A stretch of DNA of 64,000 nucleotides. Origin: Lepidodermella squamata (lineage: Eukaryota; Animalia; Gastrotricha). Position numbers and translations under genes: made by a program. The notes under the pieces are model-generated. The model did no database searches and had not been told where the DNA came from. It saw only the letters and a program-made list of their open reading frames with translations. The stretch lies in the NCBI GenBank assembly GCA_047495785.1, contig JBLDXI010000013.1, positions 2,728,001 through 2,792,000 of the forward strand, given 5' to 3'. Positions 50,746 to 62,900 of the stretch are shown one piece after another (within the stretch, counting starts at the first letter, position 1; each line of letters starts with the position of its first letter).

Positions 50746-51714
50746 ATGCTTTTAAGCGTGTCTCGCATTGCTTGGTTGCCAGCAGGTCGCAGTGGCCTCA
50801 CATGTCGTTGGTTATCTAGTGTGACTAAAACGAGATGTGAGATATATGATGCCGAGAAAGCTCGTCAACGAAATGAGATTACTAGAATTGAAAAGATCGA
50901 AGTCAAAGTTGTTGCCCCTCCCGATAATTGTACTTTGATGATGAATAAAAGCTTATCGACTCCATTCAACTGCGCCATGCATGTCAATGATCTACATATG
51001 CAGCGATCAGTAGTTGCCCTGTTGGACGGAAAAGAGCCTTGGGATATGCACCGGCCGCTTGAAAACGATTGCTCTCTCGAATTCATTCACTTCAAATCTC
51101 TCGATCCGCATATTGCCAATGTTGCATTTTGGCGGACTGGCTCATTTCTGTTGGGGTACGTTTTGGAAAATGCTTTACGCGACGAATTTTCTGTTCAGCT
51201 TTGCTCATTTCCTGCTCCTGACATATCCTCCGGATCATTCGTTTACGATGTAGCTATTGATGAAAAATTGGCTTCATGGACCCCAACAGCTGAAGAGCTG
51301 TCGTGTATGAGCAGGATTGTCGCTCGCTTGAGTTATGAAGACAATCGTTTTGAGCGACTAACTGTCTCTGAAGCGGTTGCCAAAGAAATCTTCGCTGACA
51401 ATAAGCTGAAGCTCTCGCAAATTCCGTCCATTGCCTCTAAAAGAGAAGGAAAAGTTGTGCTTTATCGGATGAAGGACCACATCGACCTTACAAACGGGCC
51501 TCTAATTGCTACTACTCGTCAACTAAGTCATTGGTTCCAGATTGCTTCCATCATTCCTTTGGGAAAGAGTAGCCAATATGGCTGCAATTTGCATCGCGTT
51601 CAGGCAGTGGCAATTCCTGCTCAATTTAATATGCATAAGTGGACGTTTGATTACCTAGTCAATAGGGCTGCAACGCCCACCAGTGGTGCCAAAGCTGCAA
51701 ATTTTGCTAAATAA
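50746..51714 (+). CDS. MRPL39: Mitochondrial ribosomal protein L39 (TGS/ThrRS-like), intronless
   Basis: RIEKIEVK; MNKSLSTPFNCAMH; PWDMHRPL..DCSLEF.HF; NVAFWRTGSFLLG; SGSFVYDV; DHIDL..GPLI. Confidence 0.92.
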   Translation: MLLSVSRIAWLPAGRSGLTCRWLSSVTKTRCEIYDAEKARQRNEITRIEKIEVKVVAPPDNCTLMMNKSLSTPFNCAMHVNDLHMQRSVVALLDGKEPWDMHRPLENDCSLEFIHFKSLDPHIANVAFWRTGSFLLGYVLENALRDEFSVQLCSFPAPDISSGSFVYDVAIDEKLASWTPTAEELSCMSRIVARLSYEDNRFERLTVSEAVAKEIFADNKLKLSQIPSIASKREGKVVLYRMKDHIDLTNGPLIATTRQLSHWFQIASIIPLGKSSQYGCNLHRVQAVAIPAQFNMHKWTFDYLVNRAATPTSGAKAANFAK

Positions 51715-51773
51715 TAGATGAAATATATCACTCGGTCAAATCTTTTCGTAGATTTTATTATTGGTAAATTAAA

Positions 51774-52847
51774 ATGGCTCTATTGGATCTTGCTGGATGT
51801 GCCGAAGTTTTTCGCGATGAGCCTCGTGTCGAAGTTCCTAGCGATATCATATCACCGCTGACCATGGGTGTCTCTTGTGACGTCGTCATCCCAGTAATTT
51901 TTTGTTTGCCCTATAAAATTTGAAATTAAAAGAAATCTTGTCCCACAGGTTGACCAGATGAAGAAGCTGTACGGACCTGAGAGCAAGGGTAACGTCAAAA
52001 TCAACTTCAACAAAGGTACTACCACCCTTGGATTCAAATTCGCCGGGGGCGTAATCATTGCTGTCGACTCGCGTGCCTCAGCGGGACAGTACATTGGTAA
52101 TTATTCACAATATTTATGAGTACTTTGAGTTGAAGCTATGATGTTACAGCATCCCAAACTGTCAAGAAGGTCATTGAAATCAACCCTTACTTGCTCGGCA
52201 CTATGGCTGGGGGTGCTGCAGATTGCTCCTTCTGGCAACGCGTTCTTTCCCAGCAATGCCGGTATTTCATGAGAAATTTGCTTATTTAAAATATCTACAT
52301 AATTTCATCAGCTTGTATGAGCTACGCAACCGTGAGCGTATCTCCGTTGCTGCCGCTTCGAAACTGCTCGCTAACTTGGTTTACCAGTATCGCGGAATGG
52401 GCATTTCCATGGTAGGTTGATGCTATGTTTACTTTGAATGGTTGAACCATGTGTTTTTAGGGCACAATGATTGCTGGTTGGGACAAGAAAGGGCCTGGCC
52501 TTTACTACGTTGATGACGAGGGAACTCGTCTTTCTGGTGACATGTTCTCTGTTGGCAGTGGATCTCCTTACGCCTACGGTGTTCTCGACACCGTTCTGAA
52601 GCCTGGCGTTGCTGCTAAGCTGACCGATGCTGAAGCCTATGACCTGGCCAACCGTGCCATCTTCCACGCTACTCATCGCGATGCTGCTAGCGGTGGTATC
52701 TGCAGAGGTTTGTTTCAATGAAAAATATAGATAGCCGTCTTTAATTGAATCATTTTTTCAGTTTATCACGTGAAGGAGACCGGATGGGTCAAGATTTCGG
52801 AAACCGACGTGACCGATTTGTATTTCCAGTACTATCCTCAGCAATAA
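51774..52847 (+). CDS. PSMB5: Proteasome beta-5 subunit (multi-exon)
   Basis: Propeptide then KG|[24 protein letters not shown]; [22 protein letters not shown]; [19 protein letters not shown]; SVGSGS.YAYGVLD; [11 protein letters not shown]. Confidence 0.97.
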
Positions 52848-53080
52848 GTGGCGCAGATGCTGCTCAACTGTTGCAATTGTGATTCGCTTTAGTAGACTTA
52901 TGATACAATTCCCGAGTGTCAATCTTGATAAATTCTAGCATGAAATGCTTCTTAGGTTCTTTATCTCGAGTCTTTTCATGAATGAACGCTTCATTCCATG
53001 CAACGCTGTTAAACAAGGTTATTTGATCGGCTAAATTATTTTACGTTTTTCTTGATTTTGTAGGCGCTTTATATTTTATT

Positions 53081-55282
53081 ATGGCGTCTTATCTGCGCTA
53101 TGTAGTGACAACTTTGTTTTTGCTATCAACTTGTCACGCAGAGAGCGTTCCTCGGTGCCCGAGTGAATGTCGATGCAGCCGTTTTACCGAAGTCTCTGGA
53201 GTCGAAACAAGAGTCGACTGCACAACGAATGATTTTGACAATCGAGGCTCTTTACGAGCTGTACCAAACGATTTGCCATCAGATTTAACGAATTTGATCC
53301 TTGATAGACACCAAATAACTCGTCTAGGACCCAGCACATTTTCGAAGTACCCGAAGCTTCGAGTTCTCAGTTTACGAGGTAATTTTATCAAGTCTATCGA
53401 AGATGGTGCCTTCGCGGGTCTAAGTTTACTTCGAGGTCTTGATCTGGGCGCTAATAAAATCGAATCTATCGGGGATAAAGTCTTCATTAATTTGAAGAGC
53501 CTCGATAATTTGCAGCTTGATAAAAACAAGCTGACATCAATGCCTCACTTCGGCTCACTCCCCGTCTTAACCAAGATCGAACTCGGCGAAAATAATCTGA
53601 CTGAATGTACGATTCCTGTTGAACTTGGCTCGCCGAAGCTTCAGAGCTTATCGCTGTCTGGTTGTCTATGCAAATCCGTGTCTGCTCTTACATTTGCCGC
53701 TTTGGAAAAAAGTCCTGATTTGAAATCGCTGAGTTTAGCTAATACCCGTATAACTCAAATCGAGGCGGACACTTTTGCCCAATTGCGTTCGTTGGAAGAG
53801 TTGGATCTATCGGGGAATCAAAACATTACATGGTCAGATATTCAGAAAATCCAATTCCCCCCTAACCTGAAAAAGCTCACGTTGGATAAGCTAAAAAGTG
53901 CTCAATCCGCACTGACAACAGATTCAATCAAGTTTTTGCCTGATTCACTGGAAACTCTCGAAATTAGCCAATGTGGCTTCAATGGAACTATGCCAGATTT
54001 TCGGCATTTGAAAAATTTGAAGTTCATTTTCATTGAAGCGAATGTATTCTCGAAATTTCCCGATGTGGGCGAAGGTGTGTCCGGCTTTCCAGCCTCAATC
54101 GAGCATATTTATGTGAGGAATAACAAATTCACGAGTGTTCCGGCCGGAGCTTTTGCGGATTTGAGGAGCCTGCAATCAGTTGATCTGTCATACTCGCTTA
54201 TCAACAACTTCAGTCCGTTGGCGTTCGGGAGAATCGCCGCTAATATGACTGATTTATTGTTAACAAGAGGCCTAACTGCATTTCCCACTGGTGTCCTATC
54301 AACTTTGCCTAATTTGCAACGATTACTGCTTGACGATAACGAATTCGGGGATCTAAACCCTGATGTTCGCAACGATTTTGATAAAATGACTAAACTACAT
54401 AAGCTAGAGCTGTCGGGTAATCAGTTCAAAACGTTGCCACCTCAATTTTTCAAGAAAATGACAAGTTTGACCAAGTTGTTCTTGAATGATAACGACCTCG
54501 GCTCAACGATATCCGCTGATACTGACGGGTTGTTTTTCGATGGTCTCGAATCGCTGCAACACCTTCAGTTGGAGGAGAACGATATCGAATCATTACCTGG
54601 CAATGTTTTCTCGAAGATCGGCACTGATCTTCAATCAATCACTCTGTTGGGCAACAAGCTAACTCGATATCCAGCCGAAGCTTTGGCCCGTTTTCCCAAT
54701 CTGAATGAAATTAACTTGGATAGTAACGAAATTCGGCTTCTGTCAATCAAAGATTTCGAAACTGCTTCGGAAGAAAGCTCTATCCATTTGTGGTCGAATC
54801 CTATCGACTGCAGCTGTGATAACTACGAATTTTTCCGGTAAGGACTTATTTTATATTGATATATTCATAATTGTGACACTAATTATTAAATTTTTTGGGA
54901 TTTATCTGTATTTATTTTCACGTTTAGTTGGGTCGAGCAAACGAAACCCGGTACAACGCGCCCATTTTTTAAAGAAATGCAATGCGTGACGCCGAAGGAG
55001 TACAACGGCAAGCCGCCACCACCCATCGCGCGTCTTCCTTGCGCTAATAATAATTCCGGCGCCACTGCTGTTATCGTCTTTTTCGTTGTGATCTGCGCTA
55101 TTGTGGTAGTAGTAATGCTCGGCTGGCTGACTGGCCGAAAGCTGAAACAATACTTCCCATACAAACGGCTCTCCGTATCGGGCGGGCCTCCTTCGAACCA
55201 CTACGGCCAGTCGCGGCTGGTTACAGCAGTTCCAGTTACTCTATCCGGTTTGGATGACAACGATGAGGCGTTTCAAATGTGA
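53081..55282 (+). CDS. Type I transmembrane leucine-rich-repeat protein (signal peptide, LRRNT, about 20 LRRs, LRRCT, TM, short tail)
   Basis: Signal peptide; CPSECRC...VDC LRRNT; repeated LxxLxLxxN; NPIDCSC...|W...C.TP LRRCT; TM VIVFFVVICAIVVVVMLGWL; about 50-aa tail with no TIR domain. Confidence 0.9.
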
Positions 55283-56344
55283 CCTGATTGTTTTTATACC
55301 AACTCCCGACCACTTCACTTTGCTTCAGCTATGCTAATTTCTCTACTTTTCAATGTTGTATTTGTTCCGCGAATTTCTTTCATTTTCGAGTAACGATCGA
55401 TCGGATAGCGCGACCCCGCTTCTTTTTCTCTCTTGTACAGTCGAATTTTCTACCGCCTTTTACTGCTTTATTCCTATGAGTGTGAGTTGTTTGGTTGTGA
55501 CGGTTTCGGACGACGGTTATTTTATAATTAACTATATTATTCACAAATAATTATTTACTATTGTTACTACTTAGTTCAGTTGATAATCACGCATCAAAAT
55601 CCAAAATTGAACCCTGCGTGGAAATCTAGTCAATTTTTTCGTAGATTCGACAGTTTGAAACTGTGTGTGTGCGTAACCTTTTTGACTCGTCAAAATCGCC
55701 TTGATAACTCAACTTTATATGATAGCAGTCGACTGGTTGCAATTTTTACGACTTGCAACTGAAGCTCTCTTGTTTTTTATTAACCCCTCATTTTTACTAT
55801 TGAACCGTGATAGATTTAATTGCTGAAAGTTGGCGGAGTATATGTAATATTTACATTCACCGTGTTGTGTCTATTACTACTCTAATTTACCGATAATGCG
55901 TGCAATATTCACGGTAGTGATTGATTTTTCTACTGATGTTATATCACTTGACAGATAACTCACGTTCTTCTGCATTTAAATCAGTCTATTGAAGCAGCGT
56001 AAACATAGTCCCTGCATACTCTTTTTATCACTCAAATGCCGTTGTTGCTGGATTTGTGAGTCAGTTGTGTACTTTTAGCCACCCGTGTAGTGTGCCGTAT
56101 CGCTGTTTTAGCTATTTACAAGAACAGAAAGTGCTAGGTTTTACCACTAGCTACTTCGCGTGCTATAAATTGCTCGTGTGTTTTTTAGTTGCCGATGACG
56201 CAAATTTCAGAGAAATCGCTATACTATCGGACGTCTTAATGTTTTGTGCCATGGTTGTGCCGCCACGAGTAAAAGCATCACCGAGAAATAATCTGAGGTC
56301 ATTTTAATCCATTAGGTGGTTAATTTTATCTCGAGACGATAAGA

Positions 56345-59300
56345 ATGCCGAAGAAAGAAGGAAAGGAGAAGAAAAAGAAAAATAATTCTTCAGGAGTTAT
56401 CAATGATTATGGCCTGATTCGTACGATTGCTGATGATGAAGAAATCGTGGAAAATGAGTCTTCAGGAGACGAGGTTAACTATTTCACCGTAAAATTATGC
56501 GTATTTGTTTATGAAATCGTACTACAGGACAAAACCATAGATTTTAAGGCGGATCCAATCGCCTCGAAAAATGCGAAAAAAGCCGCTCCTGAGTTGGACA
56601 AATCGAATGCCATTTCTTTCAACGATCTGGAGACGAGTGCTGAGGCGATTGTTGCGAAACGAAAACACGGCTGGACCGAGTCAGATTCGGCTGGGACGAC
56701 GCGGAGAACCGCCTGTCTAGAAGAGCAGATCAGAAAAGCTCGCATGGCTCTAACCGCCGCTCGATCTCGGAGCGGACAAGATGACGAAGAAGATACGGAA
56801 AATATTTTCGAACAGGAATTTCTTCATGCCGATGAGGGTTTTGATGATATTCTGAAAACGAGGCGTAAAAAGAAAAAGAAGTCGCAAAATTCCACAGAGC
56901 CAGCTGCTCAACCAGAGGATAAATTGGCTAAATTCGAAGAGGTTGACGCGAAGAAATTGTCAGAGGATGGGCCGAATTTTTTCACCAGCATGAATTTATC
57001 GCGACCTCTCCTCAGGGTTTGTTTTGTTTCATTTCACGTTTTTCCTTCAGCTGTATCGGTTTTATTTTCAGGCTCTTGCCGATACTGGGTTCTCGCGAGC
57101 AACTCCCATTCAAACCGCATGTATTCCATTGGCTATGGCCGGTCGAGATATATGTGCGTGTGCCGCTACTGGTACCGGCAAAACATTTGCTTTCATGCTG
57201 CCTATACTAGAGCGGCTATTGCTCAAGCCGCAAACTACTGAACGAGTGACACGTGTACTGGTTCTAGCCCCTACTCGAGAACTTGCGGTTCAAGTCTACG
57301 ACGTTACGCGTCAATTAGCCAGATATTGTAAGTTTTAGACAATACAAAACGCCAAGTAAACACCCATTAGCGAGTTACTATCAGATAAAAAAATATACAC
57401 GATGTCTCAAATAACGCAACCGAAGAATACAGTAAAAAGTGATCAGAAAGTCCAAAAACAGAGGCGATTTATGATCTTGTGGAGTATGGGAGGGAGGGTT
57501 AGTATTTTAACTGCTAAGGGAATGCTAATCAACTGTGAAATTGTCAAGTAGAAAGAAGAAGTCCGAATTAAAATAAAGAGAGCTAAAATTACCAAAAAAT
57601 TACCGAACCATTCCCATCAGGATGCTTTTGGGTTTTCTTCTGCAGAAACGGAGGGATCCAAACAACTTATACTAGCTATGCTAAAACTACCAAAATTGAC
57701 CAAAAAAGTTAGAAACTCGAAAATCAATTTTACATCCACGTATCGCCATGTTAAAATATATAGATTGAATAAAACATGCTGTTATTTTTCTCAGTGAATG
57801 ACTTGGAAATGGTTGTTTCGGCGGGAGGTTTCGATCTGAAAGCGCAAGAAGCCGCGCTCAGACGCCGCCCGGATATCGTCATCGCGACACCGGGTCGTTT
57901 GATCGACCATTTACAAAACGCACCCGGCTTTTCGCTGCAACACGTCGAAATCTTAGTGCTGGACGAAGCTGATCGCATGCTCGACGAGTTCTTCGCCGAG
58001 CAAATGAAGGAAATTATCCGACTGTGCTCGCCCATTCGCCAGACTATGTTGTTCTCCGCTACGATGACGGAAAATGTCCGAGAATTGGCGGCAGTCAGTT
58101 TGAGTAACCCTGTTAAAGTTTTCGTCAACACAAATGCGGAGACTGGCGATAATTTGAGTCAAGAATTCATCAAGATTCGCCCGAAGCGAGAGGCGGATCG
58201 TGAGGCGATTCTAGCCTCATTGCTGTCCCGTACTCTGAAAGGCGAGGCAACTGTTGTTTTCGTGCAAACGAAGCGGCTCGCCCATCGTCTACACGTGCAA
58301 CTAGGCTTGATTGGGCTGAACGTGGCTGAACTTCATTCGAGCTTGACCCAGGCGCAACGTTCCGAGTCGTTGCGGCGATTCAAAACCGGCGAAGTTCGTA
58401 TACTAATCGCGTCAGACCTGGCGGCGCGTGGTCTTGATATCGAGGGCATTGATTGCGTTATCAATATGACCCTACCGGCTACTTTGGCCCACTACGTTCA
58501 CCGAGTTGGCCGAACAGCTCGAGCTGGGCGCCGCGGTCGGGCGATTTCGTTTGTTGGCGAGGAGGAGCGGACGATGCTGAAGGAGATTAGAAAGGCGGCG
58601 AAGGGCCCCATTCACTGGCGTGTAATTCCTAGCACGGTTATTGATAGATTCCGCTACCGTTTAGCTGATTTGGAGCCGACTATTGAAACTATTCTGTCTG
58701 AGGAGCACACCGAGCGTGAAATTTCGGCCGCTAATGCTGATGCCGAGCGCGCCCAGGCTCGCATTGAGGCGGAAAAACTCGCTGCAGAACACAATTCGGA
58801 GCCTGTTCTTCGGCGTAAACGATCATGGTTCCAGACTGGTAAAGAAAAGGAAACTTCAAGAGGTACGAAACTATTTTTAAGGAGGATCATTTTTATCGAA
58901 TTGATAATATTTCAGAATCCCAAAAATTGGTAAAATTCGAGAAGGCGAATGGAAAGAAGTCGAGACGGGCATCTGGCGTTGACCGAACCAAGGTTGATGC
59001 GAAAGCTCTCGGACCGGGCGAGAGGCTTGAACACGAAATTGCGAAAGCTCAACAGTTAGCAAAACGAATTGCGAAACGACACGGCGACCCGTCGTCAATC
59101 AAAATGCGTGTAAAGGGTGCTAAGATGCCTGGCGAAGATGGTGACGAGTCCGGTGGTGCTGGAAAGGGAAGAAAAAAATCGGCCTTCGCTGTCGATATAA
59201 ACCCGACCAACTCTTTCAAAGAGCCGAAAGCCAAGGGTGGCAAAGGCGGCTTCCAGAAAAATTCCAAAGGTGGTAAAGCTGGTGGTGGTGGTGGCGGCGG

Positions 59301-59472
59301 CGGCGGTGGTGGTAATAGAGGCGGTGGTGGATTTAAGAAACCGGGTTTTTCCGGTGACAATAAACGACCGGCCGCTGGTGGCAATAGAGGCGGCGGTGGC
59401 TTTAAGAAGCCGGGTTTTTCCGGTGGCAATAAACGACCGGCCGCTGGTGGCAAATTTGCTCGAAAGCGATAG
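56345..59472 (+). CDS. DDX27: DEAD-box rRNA-processing helicase DDX27/Drs1 (5 exons)
   Basis: LIRTIADDEE N-terminus; FTSMNLSRPLLRA; TPIQTACIPLAMAGRDICACAATGTGKT; GGFDLKAQEAALRRRPDIVIATPGRLIDHL; DEADRML; HRVGRTARAGR; RSWFQT. Confidence 0.93.
59311..59451 (+). repeat. 69-bp coding tandem duplication (GNRGGGGFKKPGFSG[D/G]NKRPAAG x2) in the DDX27 tail
   Basis: Two near-identical adjacent copies, differing mostly at synonymous positions. Confidence 0.9.
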
Positions 59473-59937
59473 AAACTCTTGCTCAATTTCACCTTGGGCT
59501 GTTGTTTATGACTGCTGTTTATTGTGCAAAACAAAATAAAAATCGATTAGTATACACAAGACGTCTGGCTTTTCGTTATCAAACCGTCTCAGTTTATTTT
59601 TGTCTCCATTCAAATCGCCATCAACAACGCATGGCACAAGCGGCATTTTCAATAATTTACACAGAAAAATGAGTTATTTTACAGTCACGTATGAAAATTG
59701 CACAATCAGCAAAGAGAGCAGGCAAGGCATTGGTTAAAATACTCGATGTTAAAGCAACTTTGTCGACGCGATACAACGGGCATTACCCGGAAAACACAAC
59801 GCGATTTTTGATCGAGTTCATCAGTCATCACCACGACTGACGATTATTGAAAATAATATAAATATAAACATAGTAATGCATGATTTGAAATTTTGCGAGG
59901 ATTTTCTACAGTGCTGTTTAACGCTGAACAACGGCGT

Positions 59938-62900
59938 TCACTCCGCGTCGTTACTTTGAGGAGGATGTATCCGCGTCCGCCGTTGCTTGCGACCTCGCCG
60001 CTTCGACGACCGCGGCCGGTTAGGCCTGCGGTTCGACACTGGCTGGGGTTGTTGATCAGGCTGGTCCTCTAAAGCGTGTAGTTGCTGCTGGGTCTTCTTC
60101 GGCACGGCAGGCTGCTCCGGTGGCTGCTGATTCGCCCTCGCTATAGCCGGCGCGCCCCCTCGATTCGCTAAGGCGTCATTCGCGAACCTGCCGTCATTTC
60201 TCGCAACCGCAGCCTGAATCAACGGCAATTGCCGCCTGGCTGCTCGGGTGCGGTCATTCATCAACAGCCTGAATGACACCAACCCGTTTTGATCCATGAC
60301 CCCGTCGTGACTGAGGGTTTCATTCGTCAAAACACGGACTAAATCACTGGAGACAAACGGCCAAGGATCGCCCTCATCAGCGAGAGGAATTACCAAAAAT
60401 CTCGAGCCGATCGAGTTGTTACTGTAATGGAACCCGATAACATCACCGACCTGTGCCTCCAACTGCTGGCCCGGTCCAACTTCAATCTGATTGAACCCGT
60501 AAACCATCGACCTGACCAGGTTCGAGCCGATCAACTGGTAGTCGAATCGGTTCGTACCGACCTGCTGAGTCGGTCGCCAGACATCCAGGAAAATTTCTGC
60601 GCGCTCGTAGTAACGGCTCAGGCAGTAGAACGACCATTTTCGAATCATTCCAGCGCACGTGAACATCAAATCTGGGAAAACATGCACAGAAGACTTCAAC
60701 ACGTAGCTTTGCTCGTTCTGGGCCACCATCGCTGGTATGTAAGGACCGACGTAGCAACCAACATCTGGGCTCAGCGGGGTCGTAGGGGGTAAAACTGGTT
60801 GAAGAGTCACCGTGGCACGGTTGTTATTTCGAATGGTAGTGATTGCTGTCGCGGATGGTCGGGTTGACATTCTAGGAGGTAGTAATGTGACTGTTGCTGG
60901 TAGCAGCGTTCGAGTTTGGAAACGGGGTGGAAGTGGCGCAGGGATCGGTGTCGTAGTCACGCCAACGCTTAGCCCGCTGAGGCAGACTGGCAGGTCAGAC
61001 CACGAATTGTCACCGACACAGGTGATAACCGGACTACCCGCCAGGACGAAACCAGGTAGGCAGGAGACTAAAACTTGCTCGCCAGCTCGGCAAATTAGCT
61101 CGGAACAGCTTGGAACGATAGTGCCATTTGTCACGGCGGGTAAAATGCTACATTGACTCGCTGTGGGAGAGAATTTTTTAGGAAAAATCTTGAAACTTTT
61201 GTTTTAGAAATCTTACGTTTGCAAAATGGTGGAACCGACCACTCGCCATTTCGGCATTCTACAACTGCATTTCCAGCGATAAGGAATCCAGCCGCGCATC
61301 GATACAGCGCTGAATCGCCATCAGCGGCTGCGTTAGTGAACGATTTTTGGTCGATAAACGCGTTTTGGATGATGGGCGCCGGTCCGCATGACTTGCGCTC
61401 ACGCTCGCACGTCGGCAACGGCGACCATGAATCATCAGCGATACACGAGACATTGCTACGGCCACGCAGGTTGAAGCCCTTCGAACAGCCGTAGACAATG
61501 TAATCGCCGGCATTAGCCGAATTGCCGCTCTCCATCGAAAAGGAAGTAAACAGGGCTTGAGCGTTATCGGGGGTTGGCGGCATTTGTAGACACCGACGAG
61601 TTTCTATAGCAAAAAACTCGAACAATAAATAAAAAGATTCCACCTTAAAACTCACTCCGACAGCCGAATAGCGGCGGGGACCAAACGTTTCCGTTACATG
61701 TGATAGTGTCATTGCCGATCAGTGAGAATCCGTCCTGGCAGGCGTACCGAGCAGAGTCACCCGGGCTACTCACAGTGCTACCAGTCGGTGAGTCATACGA
61801 GCGCCATGAAACGTAAGCGTATGGCACCGTTAGCGGCGGATCGCCGCAGGTCAGGCGTTGACAGATGAATTCAAACCGACTCCAGCTGATTTCGCGGCAA
61901 ACAATTGTCGAATTTCCTATCAGCTGGTAACCAGGGTCGCATGCGTATATTACGTAGTCATTAGGGCCACTCTGCTGGCCGTGATAGCTCTTATAAGCGA
62001 CATTCGCATGCGGCACATCAGCGGAAGGCGGATCGCCACAAGACAACTCTAAAATTTACCAAAAAATCGCTAAAATAGTCAAACAAATAAAATTTGACGG
62101 CCAACTTTTGCATTGGAAATCTGCTGCTGACCAAATGCCGTTGGTTCCGCAAATGATTGTGTCATTGCCAACGATCATGTAGTCTTGTAAGCAAACATAT
62201 CGAATCGCATCGCCGGGCTTCGAGGGTTCGCTTGACATTGAATACGTCGAGAAAACCATAACTGAATGCTGGGGCACCGACGGCATACCGCAGGTGTGAG
62301 CTGTAAGCATTCGGCAAAAATTCATTAGAAAATAAGTTTAGATTTTTGTTGAAGAGATTCGACGGCCGATTTGTGTTCCAACCCTTGTTTTGCTGAAAAA
62401 AAACTCCTGCTGTACCTTGATTTTGAATTATTTAGAATCTAACTTTGAGATACACCGCGTATCAAAATGCCATTTCGTTTGTCTCAATATCTTCGACCAT
62501 TTTTTTATACACATTTTTTTACAACGACGAGTTACGGAATTTTTTTCAGATGAGCGTTTTCACGGAATCGTTTTACATAGGAGTTTAGCATAGTTAGTAT
62601 GAATAGGTAAGTTATACACATTATTTACAATCCATCGCTGTACACAACATAATCGATTGTCGGAAAGAATCGCCACCATATTGACGCAGGAAAAAAAAAT
62701 GACGAAATAATGAATGAATGAAAATTGAGCCGATGTTGCAAAAAATATGAGGCGCGGCGGGTATAATTTTTACCTGGAACGTTTTCATCCTCTACAAAAC
62801 AATTCGAAGAAATTAAATTGCGTAAAATTGAGACCTCTTGTTCTGCGTTACAACATCAGAAATTGAAGTATAAAATGATGAGCAAATGAGTTTTGCGGCG

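Noticed and set aside
59049-59534. Proline-rich 161-aa minus-strand ORF
   Set aside because: Antisense of the Gly-rich DDX27 tail.
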